From positions 1-63,134 of IMG/VR virus record IMGVR_UViG_3300044946_000158: a stretch of DNA of 63,134 nucleotides; one strand, 5' to 3'. The notes beneath the pieces were generated by a model. It was given only the letters and a program-made list of their open reading frames with translations. It was not told where the DNA came from and did not search any database. The position numbers and the translations under genes were made by a program. Shown piece after piece: positions 15,076 to 24,967 of the stretch (within the stretch, counting starts at the first letter, position 1; every line of letters begins with the position of its first letter). Source of the stretch: a virus (taxonomy: Duplodnaviria > Caudoviricetes).

Positions 15076-16044
15076 TTATGCTGCAACGTTACTGTACCCT
15101 ACAGCACGTATTTGATACAGTCCTAATTCACTAGGTTGCGTCTTGGCGTCTCCGTAACAGCAGCTCTGCCAAACACAGGGTGACCACAGGTCGCACGCTC
15201 CCCGCGACATCGGCCACGCTCGCCACGGGATGCTCTCGCGATCGCACTCCGCATCGCGCATGCTGATGGCCTCGCGCAGCACTTGGCCCACGGTTTCAGC
15301 GCATACCGCATCGTCCGGCACCGCCACTGGCACGTGATGCACGAGATTCGCCGCCACGCCGCCTTTGGTCATCTCTCCGACCCAGTCCTCGGGCGTCTCG
15401 TTCGGCAGGTCCACGAGCCACACCGGAACCGACGTGGGGGAGCGTGTAAAGCGATAGCGCAGACTCGGCATGGCCGGATTCTTGAACGCCCGCGCCCACG
15501 GACTCACGCGGCGGCCTTTGCTCTCGCGCCCAATTTCAATCACGTGCAGGGTCATGGGCCGCCGGGTCGCCGCGATATCGCCTATCACCGGCCAGCCGTG
15601 CAACTCCCGCGACATGTGGTCCGCAGTCCATTGGTCGGTGGTAATCCAGCGATGCAACTCTCCACTCGCGTCCGCATGCGCGCGCACCCGCCAGTCGAAC
15701 TGTGAATTGAGCCGCGCCGCAGGGACCTCCGTCAGCGCCGGAGGATTCAGAGCGAGCAGAATGGTATCGAACATGACGCACCACTCGCGAGCCAATGCAT
15801 ACGGATTCCCGCCGAGGATGTCCAGCCCCGGATTCGCTGCGGCCTGCATGAACTCGGTACGGGCCTCGGTGGCTGCCGCGTCCGGTGCCGTGTCCTGCGA
15901 CACCGCGACGATGGCCTTGCGCAGGCAGGCAAGAAATAGCGAGCGTGGCCGCCAGCGTAGCGGACGGTAATCCACGGACAGCAAATGGCGGCGGCGGCAG
16001 GACTGCCAGTCCGCGATGCTCCGTGCGTCGAGCGTGTAGCTCAC
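15076..16044 (-). CDS. degenerate paralog of the Cas4/PD-(D/E)XK-like exonuclease (4 Fe-S Cys kept, catalytic motif absent)
   Basis: SIADWQSCRRR and C....PC.....CYG align with 59933-61618. Confidence 0.7.
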   Translation of the reverse strand: MSYTLDARSIADWQSCRRRHLLSVDYRPLRWRPRSLFLACLRKAIVAVSQDTAPDAAATEARTEFMQAAANPGLDILGGNPYALAREWCVMFDTILLALNPPALTEVPAARLNSQFDWRVRAHADASGELHRWITTDQWTADHMSRELHGWPVIGDIAATRRPMTLHVIEIGRESKGRRVSPWARAFKNPAMPSLRYRFTRSPTSVPVWLVDLPNETPEDWVGEMTKGGVAANLVHHVPVAVPDDAVCAETVGQVLREAISMRDAECDRESIPWRAWPMSRGACDLWSPCVWQSCCYGDAKTQPSELGLYQIRAVGYSNVAA

Positions 16045-17468
16045 TGGTCGTCCACCTGCGGCGGTGGCTCGATGCGTCGCGCGGGGAATCCTATGGTCCC
16101 GAGCTTGGCGGCGCGGTCCGACAGACTCGGATTAAACGCCCGGCTGACCTGCGAATTAGCCTTGTCCAAAGGTCCGCCGTGGAACAGCGCATCCGCGACC
16201 CCCGCAAGATATCCATGCGGCAGCCCGCGCTGACTGATGCTGACGCCGCCACGCAGCCTCCCGAGCTTCCCGCCCTCGGCCTTGTACTCGCCTTGCTCGG
16301 CCTTCAGCTTATTGACCGCACCCTTGCTCCCATTAATGGCGTCGTCCAGCTTCCACAGTGCGCCGTGCTGTTCCTTCAATGCGCGCACATTCTTACCGGG
16401 ATTGGCTCGGCCCCACTCGGTGTACACAATATCCGCCGCGCCGCTACGCTCGGCTTCGCGTATCTCGGCCTCCACCGGATCTGCGTACTGACCCATGGAC
16501 GCTTTTTTATAGTGGGATGCCAATGCCTTATCCACGTTCATGCGACGGTGATTCAACTCGTCGAGCGACCAGTCCTTCTGATACTCAACAGCCGCGTCTT
16601 GTATCTTCTGAATGGCCGCACGACCCTCGGCGGTCTGTCGCATATCCGGCGTGATGAGTCTCAAGATGCGCCGTGAGATATCCATGGGCACGATGCGTCT
16701 CTGTGCAATCGGGGCGAATCCACGATCGAATTCATCGTTCACTGCCGTATGGGCCCGTTCCACGGATTTACCGAGATCCTGTACGTTTTTAATACCTGCA
16801 CTCTGAGCCTGCTCCACAATTTTTGGCATGCTCTTTTCAATCGCCGCGTGCTCCTCGGCTCCCGCGCCAATCGCCGTCGATATCCGCGCTTGACGCATGG
16901 CTGCATCCGGCGCGCCAGCCTTCTCGATTCCCTTGCGCATGGCCCCGAGCATCACAATCTGAGTTAGTGCTGATGCGAGTCCATGCGCGAACGCTTCTGG
17001 GTCCTTGTCCTTCATCCCCTTCCACGCCTCGCCCCCACCGGATTCAATCCCACGCGCGATATTCCCAACTGTCGGCCCGAGTGGCCCCATGACCGTGCGT
17101 TCCTTAGCTTGCGTAGGCGTGTCCTTGCCAATACCCAGCACCGATTTCCCTACATCTAGATAACCTTGGCCCACGTTTTTAATCGCTCCGCCCACGACCT
17201 CCGCTGGGTTGGTAGATTCCGGTATGCCTAATCCAGTTGCGCCGCCGAGCACCGCTCCACGTCCGAGCTTCGATGCCATGCTGCTAGGATCGTCCTCGTA
17301 CCATTTTGGTGGCGGAGATATCTTCGGCGTGGGCGACGTGGCTGCACTTGCTGCCTTCGCAGGCGCGGGATTCTCCTTGTAATGTTTCAGGACAGCAATC
17401 TGCTCGTCATCGCTCATTGAGAGAAACGCGGGGTCCTTAAGCGCCTTGTCCACCCGTTCATCCGGCAT
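16041..17468 (-). CDS. putative internal virion/ejection protein
   Basis: Helical Ala/Gly-rich protein in the podovirus ejection-gene position. Confidence 0.55.
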   Translation of the reverse strand: MPDERVDKALKDPAFLSMSDDEQIAVLKHYKENPAPAKAASAATSPTPKISPPPKWYEDDPSSMASKLGRGAVLGGATGLGIPESTNPAEVVGGAIKNVGQGYLDVGKSVLGIGKDTPTQAKERTVMGPLGPTVGNIARGIESGGGEAWKGMKDKDPEAFAHGLASALTQIVMLGAMRKGIEKAGAPDAAMRQARISTAIGAGAEEHAAIEKSMPKIVEQAQSAGIKNVQDLGKSVERAHTAVNDEFDRGFAPIAQRRIVPMDISRRILRLITPDMRQTAEGRAAIQKIQDAAVEYQKDWSLDELNHRRMNVDKALASHYKKASMGQYADPVEAEIREAERSGAADIVYTEWGRANPGKNVRALKEQHGALWKLDDAINGSKGAVNKLKAEQGEYKAEGGKLGRLRGGVSISQRGLPHGYLAGVADALFHGGPLDKANSQVSRAFNPSLSDRAAKLGTIGFPARRIEPPPQVDDQ

Positions 17469-19501
17469 CAGGGATTCGCCTCTAGGTAGGCTTTCACCTT
17501 GGGACTCAGCGGTCGCGCATTAACTTGAGGTGGTGGTTGCGGCGCACCTTTAGCTGGAGCCACGCGTCCACCGACCAGCTCCGCAAACGAGTCGTGTGAT
17601 AGTGCGGTCGTGACCTCATCCTTCAGCCGATTAATTCTCTCGATGGCGTCCTGCGAGCTGGTCGTGTTTGTGGGATTCGGCAACTCGGACAGCAGCCGAT
17701 TCACAGTAGCCTCGGTAATTCGGCCACCACGTGATAATTTACCAAGACCGGAGATGGTCCCTGCGAGTTGTCGATATATCCGCAAGAATTCCTGCTGCTC
17801 GGGACTCGTGCCCATGGCTGCGAGCTTGGTCATGGCCTTGCCGAATCCAGTCTTGCCCTCACCAGTTGCGCCAATCATCGGCAACTGCGCGAAGAATCCG
17901 CGGTCCAGTGACTTAAGCGCGGGACTGGCAGCCGCTTCATTCAGATATCGCGTGGCCAGCGCAATCTGTGTCTTTTCCAGCGGCGTGAACTTGTCCTGCG
18001 ACCAGCCCCAGGTGCGCCGAGCCAAGGCCTCCGCGAGCGGCTTGGATTTCGCGGTCCCGCCGATCTCTTTCATATCCTTGCCGTCGTGGAGCTGATTGGC
18101 GGCTTCAATAACCTGCGGCGCAGCACCTTTCCAGTCGGACGCAATATGACCCTGCTCGTCAAGTGGTGGCGTGATGGATTGCGTGGTGGGGCGTGTAGCC
18201 GAACTACCACTCCCGCCACCACTAGGAGGAGTAACTTGCGGGGGAGGCGTGGGGCGGCGCGTGCCGCCGATGGTCTGCGTGCCACCACCAGCACCCGTTG
18301 CTCCAGTCACATTCGGCGTGTGCTGACTAACCGTCGTCTGTCCGGTGCTCGGGTCCGTAGTACGTGTGGTGGTACCAATCCTTTGTGGTCCCAGCGCCGT
18401 GCCTTTAGTCGCTAAATCTGCCGTGTTATATTCAGGGATGGTGTATGTCACGCCTCCTACGGAGACTTGTTTCATTTTCTGGTTGGCGGTCCCGTAGCCT
18501 ACCACCCGCCCGTTCTGCTGTAAGGGGATGATCATCATGTCATCGCCATACTTGCCCAGATTTAGATTCCCGTCCTCATCGGCCTCAGCAGGGTCAGCGG
18601 CCTTGAACACAATACCTTGCTCCTGTAGCTTGCGGGCCTCGGCCATGGTTTTGGGTTGCATAGCGGTGGCGCGGCCTGTAGGATTAGCAGCCTTTAGTTT
18701 TAGGGCTTCAGCCTGCTCCTCCATTTTGAACTTGTGCGCGAGAGTATGTTCGGCGGTGTAGGCGTCCACTTTCTTTTTAAGTTCGCGCTGGTCCTGTCGC
18801 TCCTCTTCCTGCTTGGCCCGCAGCCGTGGAGCTTCCATCCGCGCGTCTAAGGGCGGGGGCGGCTGCGGCCTGCTAGATGCCGAAGGGTCCTGGCTGGGCA
18901 CTTTTGGGCTCGGCGGCTGGCCTGCACCCCCGCCGCTGGCTGCGAGATTCGTGGGATTCGTGCCTGCCACCGTGCTCGGGAGATTATTCGGCAGCGGCCC
19001 GCCCCCGGGACCCATGGCGCTAGCGTTTAGCTGCGGCGGAGGCGGAATCCCCGGCTGCGCAGCCTTTGCCCCCGGACCCTGTGAAATCGCATGGTCGATC
19101 AGCGTCACGTGTTTATTCACCATGTCCTTGGTGGCCGGGTCCTTGCCTCCGCTCTTGATATACGCGGCTTTCGACGCGTCATACATACCTTGAAACTGTT
19201 GCCTACGCTCAGGCGTGAGCGGGGGATGCTGGCCATTCGCGTCGGCCGGGAGATCCGGGTCCTGCCCGCTATGCAATATCGCGCCATAGGTGGCCATGTT
19301 GCGCTGATTCAACTGCACCTCCGCGAGCCGCTGAGCGTGCTGCTTGTCCATGGCGTCGGTCAGCGGATTTTTCGTGCCGTGTCCGCCGAGACCGGATATC
19401 ACCTGCCCCGCCGCGCCGAGCACGCGTTCCTTGGGCGTAGGGTCTATACTCGTCTGCGCACCATCATACTGCGGCGGCGGGGTCATCTGCGGATCGGGCA
19501 T
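17468..19501 (-). CDS. putative internal virion/ejection protein (Pro-rich)
   Basis: SD AAGGAG; low-complexity plus helical content; position. Confidence 0.55.
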   Translation of the reverse strand: MPDPQMTPPPQYDGAQTSIDPTPKERVLGAAGQVISGLGGHGTKNPLTDAMDKQHAQRLAEVQLNQRNMATYGAILHSGQDPDLPADANGQHPPLTPERRQQFQGMYDASKAAYIKSGGKDPATKDMVNKHVTLIDHAISQGPGAKAAQPGIPPPPQLNASAMGPGGGPLPNNLPSTVAGTNPTNLAASGGGAGQPPSPKVPSQDPSASSRPQPPPPLDARMEAPRLRAKQEEERQDQRELKKKVDAYTAEHTLAHKFKMEEQAEALKLKAANPTGRATAMQPKTMAEARKLQEQGIVFKAADPAEADEDGNLNLGKYGDDMMIIPLQQNGRVVGYGTANQKMKQVSVGGVTYTIPEYNTADLATKGTALGPQRIGTTTRTTDPSTGQTTVSQHTPNVTGATGAGGGTQTIGGTRRPTPPPQVTPPSGGGSGSSATRPTTQSITPPLDEQGHIASDWKGAAPQVIEAANQLHDGKDMKEIGGTAKSKPLAEALARRTWGWSQDKFTPLEKTQIALATRYLNEAAASPALKSLDRGFFAQLPMIGATGEGKTGFGKAMTKLAAMGTSPEQQEFLRIYRQLAGTISGLGKLSRGGRITEATVNRLLSELPNPTNTTSSQDAIERINRLKDEVTTALSHDSFAELVGGRVAPAKGAPQPPPQVNARPLSPKVKAYLEANP

Positions 19502-19513
19502 TGGCTCACTCCT

Positions 19514-20131
19514 TTAAGCAAATAACGAGAATACTCCCAGCAGCGCATCGCTCGTGTTCGCGAGCGTCGCCGCGTTCTGAGCCTGGTCGTTCTTGCGCGC
19601 GTCTATGGAATTGGTGGTCAGATTAGCGTTAGCCGTCTCGCCCACGCCGAGCAACTGCGCAGCGTCAGCGGTCTCCGCCGTGCCGGTGGACGCCAGCGCC
19701 TTGCTGGTATCCGCCACGCCCTTGGCGCCCTCACTCTGCGCGCCGAATAGTAAATTATCAATGTCGGCCATCTGCTTGGTCTTGGCATCCGCGTTGACAC
19801 TCGCAGTCCCGCCGCCGCGAGCCGTGCCGCTAGCGTCCGCTTGCTTGCGACTAGCGTCCGCCGCGCTGGCCTGCTGATTCGCGACCGGAGCGATCGCCTG
19901 CTGCGTCGCGGTGCGGTTGCCGCTCATGAGCTTCTGATAATAATCGAGCGACTGTCCGAGTCCGCTGGCACCCGCTGCGGTCGTGGCCGCACCCGTGGCT
20001 GCCCCGGCTTCGGCCGTGGGCAACGCGAAATTAAACAGGTTCTTCGAATTCGTGAAGCCTTGCAGGGTATTCGTGCGGTCGGTCTTGCTGGACCCGCCGC
20101 CGCCGAATATCGAATTGACCAGTCCGCTCAT
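19514..20131 (-). CDS. putative DNA pilot/ejection protein
   Basis: SD GGAGG; MSGLVNSIFGGGG start; Ala/Gln/Gly-rich. Confidence 0.6.
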   Translation of the reverse strand: MSGLVNSIFGGGGSSKTDRTNTLQGFTNSKNLFNFALPTAEAGAATGAATTAAGASGLGQSLDYYQKLMSGNRTATQQAIAPVANQQASAADASRKQADASGTARGGGTASVNADAKTKQMADIDNLLFGAQSEGAKGVADTSKALASTGTAETADAAQLLGVGETANANLTTNSIDARKNDQAQNAATLANTSDALLGVFSLFA

Positions 20132-20529
20132 TCGACCTCCAACCCACCGGGGTCGCCCATGACATATACAGGCTCGTCTAGTCGCTTCATTCCGCGTGCC
20201 TCGCACAACTTTTCCGAATGGCGATTGGCGGCGGTGGTAATCCATCCCCGTGCTTTCGCGTCAGTGAGAAACGTAAGCATCTCATCCGCGAGTTCTCCGG
20301 CGATAGTCGTGCCGCGATATTCCGGCCTCACATACAGAGGGCCGCAAAATGGGACCAGCTGGAACACATGGAACCCGATAATCTGGCCCGCTTCTTCCTT
20401 GACGAGAATGCGCGACGTGGCTCGATTAAGGCTCATCCATCCCCGCGACGCGAGCATCTCCTCGATAGCATCCCAGTCTTCCTGCGATGCGGTCGGCCCG
20501 TCTATCCAGCGCGTGGTTATGTCATTCAT
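20128..20529 (-). CDS. GNAT-fold acetyltransferase-like protein
   Basis: GPLYVRPEYRGTTIA acetyl-CoA motif A; lies between tail and ejection genes. Confidence 0.7.
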   Translation of the reverse strand: MNDITTRWIDGPTASQEDWDAIEEMLASRGWMSLNRATSRILVKEEAGQIIGFHVFQLVPFCGPLYVRPEYRGTTIAGELADEMLTFLTDAKARGWITTAANRHSEKLCEARGMKRLDEPVYVMGDPGGLEVE

Positions 20530-23315
20530 TTTATGGTCACCGTGATTTCCAGTCCCCCCGGCACAGTCAGCACATAATCCCCCTTGGCCAGTCCGGGAAG
20601 AGACACCATGGCCGCAGATAGCGGCATCTTGCACTTGGTCACGCCCGGCCCGTAGCTGCTGCAGGCCATCGCGAATACCCACGGCAACGGCGCCGGCACA
20701 GGACTCACCGCTACGCCTGTGCCGGTGAGCGTAGTGGAAGCCGTGGCGCTACTGGACCCATTGACCGTGAGTGTGGCGGTCTCGGCTCCCGCGAGGCTCG
20801 GCTTGAACGTCAGGATGATAATACACGTCTGACCCGCCGTCAGCACTAGTCCATTCGTGCAAGTTCCGGTCGCGGTATCGGTCCAGTCCGCAGCGTTCGT
20901 CCCCGACAGTACACTCTTCGGCGTGGCCAGCGTGACGCTCCCGGTGCCCGCGTTGGTCACCGTCGCAGTCGTGGCCGCGCTCACTTGCCCCACGGTTACC
21001 GCGCCGAATAACATGGTCGGCGTCGGCGCGATGGTCAGCACGAACGTGGGCGCTTGTCCGTTTACCGTCAGGCTGGCGCTGGCGGTCGCACTGGTAGCCG
21101 ACAGCGTCACTGTTGCTGATTCCGCTCCACCAGTACTGGGCGTAACCTGCACGCCTTTGTTGCAGGTCTGCCCCGGCGTAAGCACCTGTCCACCTTGGCA
21201 ATTGTTGGTCGCGGCACCTAATGAGAAATCCGCCGCATTGGGACCCGAGAACGTGGTCGTAACTGGCGCGGCCAAGGTCACGTTTATATTTCCCGTGTTG
21301 GTCAGCACGAAAACCTCGACCGCGCTGGTGGTACCCTGCGGCACCGTGCCGTAGCTCCAAGTCCCCGGTGTGAGGCTCATGGACGCGCTTCCCGCGCTGG
21401 TGCCCGTGCCCGTGAGGCTCACCGATCCCGAGGCGTTTCCGTTTATCGTTAGCGTGGCCGATTCCGCTGCCGTCGTCACCGGAGTGAACACCACTAGCAC
21501 CGTACAACTCCCACCGGGCGTCACCGTTCCGTTATTGGCGCAGGTCCCGCCCGAGCGCACGAAGTCTGCCGCGTTCGCACCGGAGAAGGTATAAAACGAT
21601 GCCGACAGCGTCAAGTTGGCGGTGCCAGAGTTCGTGACTGTGACCGTCAGTGGCGATGACGAGGTATTCTGTGTCTGGTTGCCGAACGCGACCGGACTAG
21701 GTGTGATGCTGACCGCCGGGGAGCCGCCACCGCTGCCGTAATTCACCGCTCCCACGGTAACCGTTCCGCTGCCACGAGCGTTTCCATTGATGTCCAGCGG
21801 CAGATACGTCGCCACCGCCGGGATGCCAGAGCCGCTCGCTAAGGAATTTAGATTCGTGCCCATGACTACCGCTGAGTTTCCAGGCACGAAGGTGGTGAGG
21901 TTCACGGAAGGATTGGTGCCGCTTAGTGAGTTGGCATCACAGGAACAGAAACTCTTCCAAGTGGTAAAGCTGGTAGTGAATCCGCCAGTATAAGCCCACT
22001 GCGCCAAAGGACTAGAGTAGTACAGATTGTAGTTAGCGGTCGGAGCGTTAGTGTTGCCACCATTATAAAAATAGTATCCGCCGCCGCTTTGCAGGATGTT
22101 GTTTTCCTCCGTCCAGCCGGTGCCGAATTCCATATTGAATAGCGGCCATGCGTTGTTGTTATTCCCGCCCGACCCGGCGTCGATGATGGTATTGTTGAGC
22201 AGGTATCCGTTATTGATTCCCAGCGGAGCCACGACGCCGTTGGCCGTCGCCACATCCGTATTGGTTTTGTAGAAAACGTTGTTGAATACCCACCACGGAG
22301 CCATTGTTCCGCCGCTGCCACCGTTGTTGTTTTCCAAGTAAATCATCGAGGTGGGATGCAGGCCCACGTCCCCGATACTGAAATTGTCGAAGAAGGTCAG
22401 ATTCCCGGCGAACGCCGCCCCTGGATGTCCGGTGAAGGGATGGAAGAAATTGTGGTGGTAATTATTGGTGACATCGTCCCAGTTGCGCGAGGCGTTGTAG
22501 GTGTTGTGGTCCACCTGCATGTTGGTCAGTACTTTCGTGCCGGTGTCGGTCGGTCCGCCCTCGATGGCTTGGTTGGCGTTATTGAAAGTGTTCCCGGTAA
22601 TGACCAGATTGGATTCGCCGCCTGTGAACGCGAAGAATATGCATACGTCGCAATCGGTAAAAGTATTTCCGGGTCCGACAGTAACGTTGCTGCCGCCTTG
22701 CAGGACCCGAACTCCCATGCAGTCGTCGCTGCCGTTGGAGCACACGCTGTCGGAAGTGGTGTTGTTGTGCACGTACACGGGGCCAAGATGTAGATGTTCA
22801 ATTTGAATGTTCGATGAGCCAAAGGCATCAACCATAGAGCTAATTTGCTGATTGGCGAGGCCCGTGCCGTTGGCGGTATTTCGGACGATACCGTTCGTGC
22901 CGCCGTCGATCACCACCCAGTTGTGCCCGTTGGTCTCGATAGCTCCTGGCGTGCCGTTACTAGTAGAGAAATACGGGGCCTGTACGATGGCGTTGGTGTC
23001 CCATTTGAGGGTAATCAGGTGTCCACTAGTGCCATCACCCTGAAAAGAAAATACGTTGGTAGCTCCTGCCGCAAAGGTGAATGTTCCGCAGATAAGTACT
23101 GTTGTGCCCGGCCCGATCTGCCCCGCACCAGTGCCCCAATTCGCAGACGTGTTGAAGAACGCTGGCGTTTGCACGCTAGTGGTACACGCGCCGGATGCCG
23201 CACCGGACTGCGTAATATAAATGTTCGCGGCCTGCCCACGCGCTCCCGCCGCCGCTGCGAGTGCCACTGCAACGAGTACGAAGGCCTTAAGACTGCAGGA
23301 AGCAGCTTGACTCAT
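20526..23315 (-). CDS. right-handed beta-helix protein with three ASH/choice-of-anchor-D Ig domains and a signal peptide
   Basis: Signal ...AAAAGARG|Q; Asn-ladder beta-helix; 3x FG...VTN.G...SG.NAADF...C...PG..C. Confidence 0.8.
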   Translation of the reverse strand: MSQAASCSLKAFVLVAVALAAAAGARGQAANIYITQSGAASGACTTSVQTPAFFNTSANWGTGAGQIGPGTTVLICGTFTFAAGATNVFSFQGDGTSGHLITLKWDTNAIVQAPYFSTSNGTPGAIETNGHNWVVIDGGTNGIVRNTANGTGLANQQISSMVDAFGSSNIQIEHLHLGPVYVHNNTTSDSVCSNGSDDCMGVRVLQGGSNVTVGPGNTFTDCDVCIFFAFTGGESNLVITGNTFNNANQAIEGGPTDTGTKVLTNMQVDHNTYNASRNWDDVTNNYHHNFFHPFTGHPGAAFAGNLTFFDNFSIGDVGLHPTSMIYLENNNGGSGGTMAPWWVFNNVFYKTNTDVATANGVVAPLGINNGYLLNNTIIDAGSGGNNNNAWPLFNMEFGTGWTEENNILQSGGGYYFYNGGNTNAPTANYNLYYSSPLAQWAYTGGFTTSFTTWKSFCSCDANSLSGTNPSVNLTTFVPGNSAVVMGTNLNSLASGSGIPAVATYLPLDINGNARGSGTVTVGAVNYGSGGGSPAVSITPSPVAFGNQTQNTSSSPLTVTVTNSGTANLTLSASFYTFSGANAADFVRSGGTCANNGTVTPGGSCTVLVVFTPVTTAAESATLTINGNASGSVSLTGTGTSAGSASMSLTPGTWSYGTVPQGTTSAVEVFVLTNTGNINVTLAAPVTTTFSGPNAADFSLGAATNNCQGGQVLTPGQTCNKGVQVTPSTGGAESATVTLSATSATASASLTVNGQAPTFVLTIAPTPTMLFGAVTVGQVSAATTATVTNAGTGSVTLATPKSVLSGTNAADWTDTATGTCTNGLVLTAGQTCIIILTFKPSLAGAETATLTVNGSSSATASTTLTGTGVAVSPVPAPLPWVFAMACSSYGPGVTKCKMPLSAAMVSLPGLAKGDYVLTVPGGLEITVTIK
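20716..21720 (-). repeat. three tandem ~110-aa ASH-type Ig domain repeats (coding)
   Basis: Repeated SGxNAAD(F/W), CxxGxxLxxGxxC and ExATLT motifs. Confidence 0.75.
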
Positions 23316-24549
23316 AATTTGTGCCTGTCCCGTCCAGATAAATAAAACATGTGCGATTCTGTGCCATAGCCAAGGTGGCCCCGCCGTCGATAGTGGATGT
23401 GGCAGGCGTGATCGTCACGGTCCCCGCGCCCTTGTTCTTAATCATGAATATGAAGCCCTGCGCGAACCCGGTGGTCCCGGCTTGCGGTAGCGCGACGGCC
23501 ACCGCGCCCACGTTGTTATAGGTAACCCGCCCGCCACGGTCCGCCGCGAGGATCGTGTCGCTCGTAACCGTGACGACACGCACCGGCACGCCGCCCACGA
23601 TAAATTGGGTGAGCGTCCCGACGCCCCCGGATGGCGTGGACGCCAGATACTGCGGCACGCCGTTGACTCCGGTCGGTGCGGCGATGCCCGACAATTGATT
23701 GTTCACGCCCGCACCCGAGTAATACGCAATGGCGAACTGCTGCGCAGTGTTCAAGGTTCCGGTGAGGCACGCGGCGCTGCCCTGCTGGCCCACGGTGCCG
23801 GACCACGTCGCACACTGACCGTTCACTGGCACGCCGGAGGTCACCCACGGCAATACTCCGGTTGCGCCGTTGATGCCCGCGACCAGCCGATTCCCGGTGG
23901 TGTCATAGGCCAGCAGCGCGCTAGTGGTCGGGGCGGCCCCAGCGGAGTTCGGCAATTTCAGAGTCGCAAGGGTGAAATCCTGCAGCCCGGTCGAGTACGC
24001 GTTGGCTTGGTCGGTGTAGACATGGGTAGCCAGTTCGCGGGACTTCGCGAGCGTGCCGGTCCAGCCCAGTGTGAGCGTCTGAGCAGCGATGCTGCCGGTG
24101 ACATTGGTGTCGTTGGCGACCGCGTTCACCACGGTGCTCGGGAGCATGGCCGCGACGATGGAGCAGAAGCTAGGCGTGGCGGACCCAGTGGTGCAATTGG
24201 CGAATACCGTATCCGCCGTCGCATTCGAGAGCGCGAAGCTGAGCGCGGGCGTGGTAGTCGCGGTGGCCACGCTGGTGGTAAACAAGGGTGAGAGATTCCC
24301 GGCGCTGAAACTAGTAACGGTGCCACCTACGCCGCCACCGACAGCCGTCCAAGTGTTAGTAGCGGTACAGGTCTTGAGGCTCGCGGAGGTGGTGTCCCAG
24401 ATAATCGGCTCCGGCTGGCCCGCGACTGCTGGCGTGCAGCTCGGCAGCGGCTCTTGCCAGGAGCGCACCAGCGTGAGAGTGCCCTGCGCGTGCGCGAGCG
24501 ATGGGAGCAGCAGCACGACAATCACGATGATAAAGATTGATTTACGCAT
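23287..24549 (-). CDS. tail-fibre-like protein with signal peptide
   Basis: MRKSIFIIVIVVLLLPSLAHA|Q; GGTVTS, TTTPAL fibre motifs; C-terminal LP..G...IKNKG...IDG domain. Confidence 0.7.
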   Translation of the reverse strand: MRKSIFIIVIVVLLLPSLAHAQGTLTLVRSWQEPLPSCTPAVAGQPEPIIWDTTSASLKTCTATNTWTAVGGGVGGTVTSFSAGNLSPLFTTSVATATTTPALSFALSNATADTVFANCTTGSATPSFCSIVAAMLPSTVVNAVANDTNVTGSIAAQTLTLGWTGTLAKSRELATHVYTDQANAYSTGLQDFTLATLKLPNSAGAAPTTSALLAYDTTGNRLVAGINGATGVLPWVTSGVPVNGQCATWSGTVGQQGSAACLTGTLNTAQQFAIAYYSGAGVNNQLSGIAAPTGVNGVPQYLASTPSGGVGTLTQFIVGGVPVRVVTVTSDTILAADRGGRVTYNNVGAVAVALPQAGTTGFAQGFIFMIKNKGAGTVTITPATSTIDGGATLAMAQNRTCFIYLDGTGTNYESSCFLQS

Positions 24550-24552
24550 TTG

Positions 24553-24957
24553 CTAATTATTACCTATGACATCGTAGCTCGTGCCGTTATTTTGCACTCT
24601 TACATACTGATATTGATTCAGGAGCACGTAACCCGCCAGCCCGTCGATGGTCGCGATTACATCAATGACTCCGACCGCCGCGTCCACCTTTTTCACCGTG
24701 AATATCTTGCCCACCGGGATGCTCCCCGGCGCGGGCAGCGTGAGCGTGACCGTTCCAGTGCCGGAGCTGCCGCGATACACCACCTCGGGGAATATGCTGG
24801 CGATTGCGGCGGTATTGACGTTGAAAGCCACGTTGGTGGCCGCGCCGAGGCTGTCAAGAATCGCGAGGTCGGCGTTCAGCTCGCCGCCCCAGATATTCAA
24901 ATCACCCCCCACGGTAGGTACTACTAAGTTAAGTATCGGAGTCGGTGGACCCGGCAT
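24553..24957 (-). CDS. small tail-associated protein
   Basis: SD GGGAG; LNLVVPTVG...WG..LN....LD N-terminus typical of phage fibres. Confidence 0.65.
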   Translation of the reverse strand: MPGPPTPILNLVVPTVGGDLNIWGGELNADLAILDSLGAATNVAFNVNTAAIASIFPEVVYRGSSGTGTVTLTLPAPGSIPVGKIFTVKKVDAAVGVIDVIATIDGLAGYVLLNQYQYVRVQNNGTSYDVIGNN

Positions 24958-24967
24958 CTCGTCTCCC

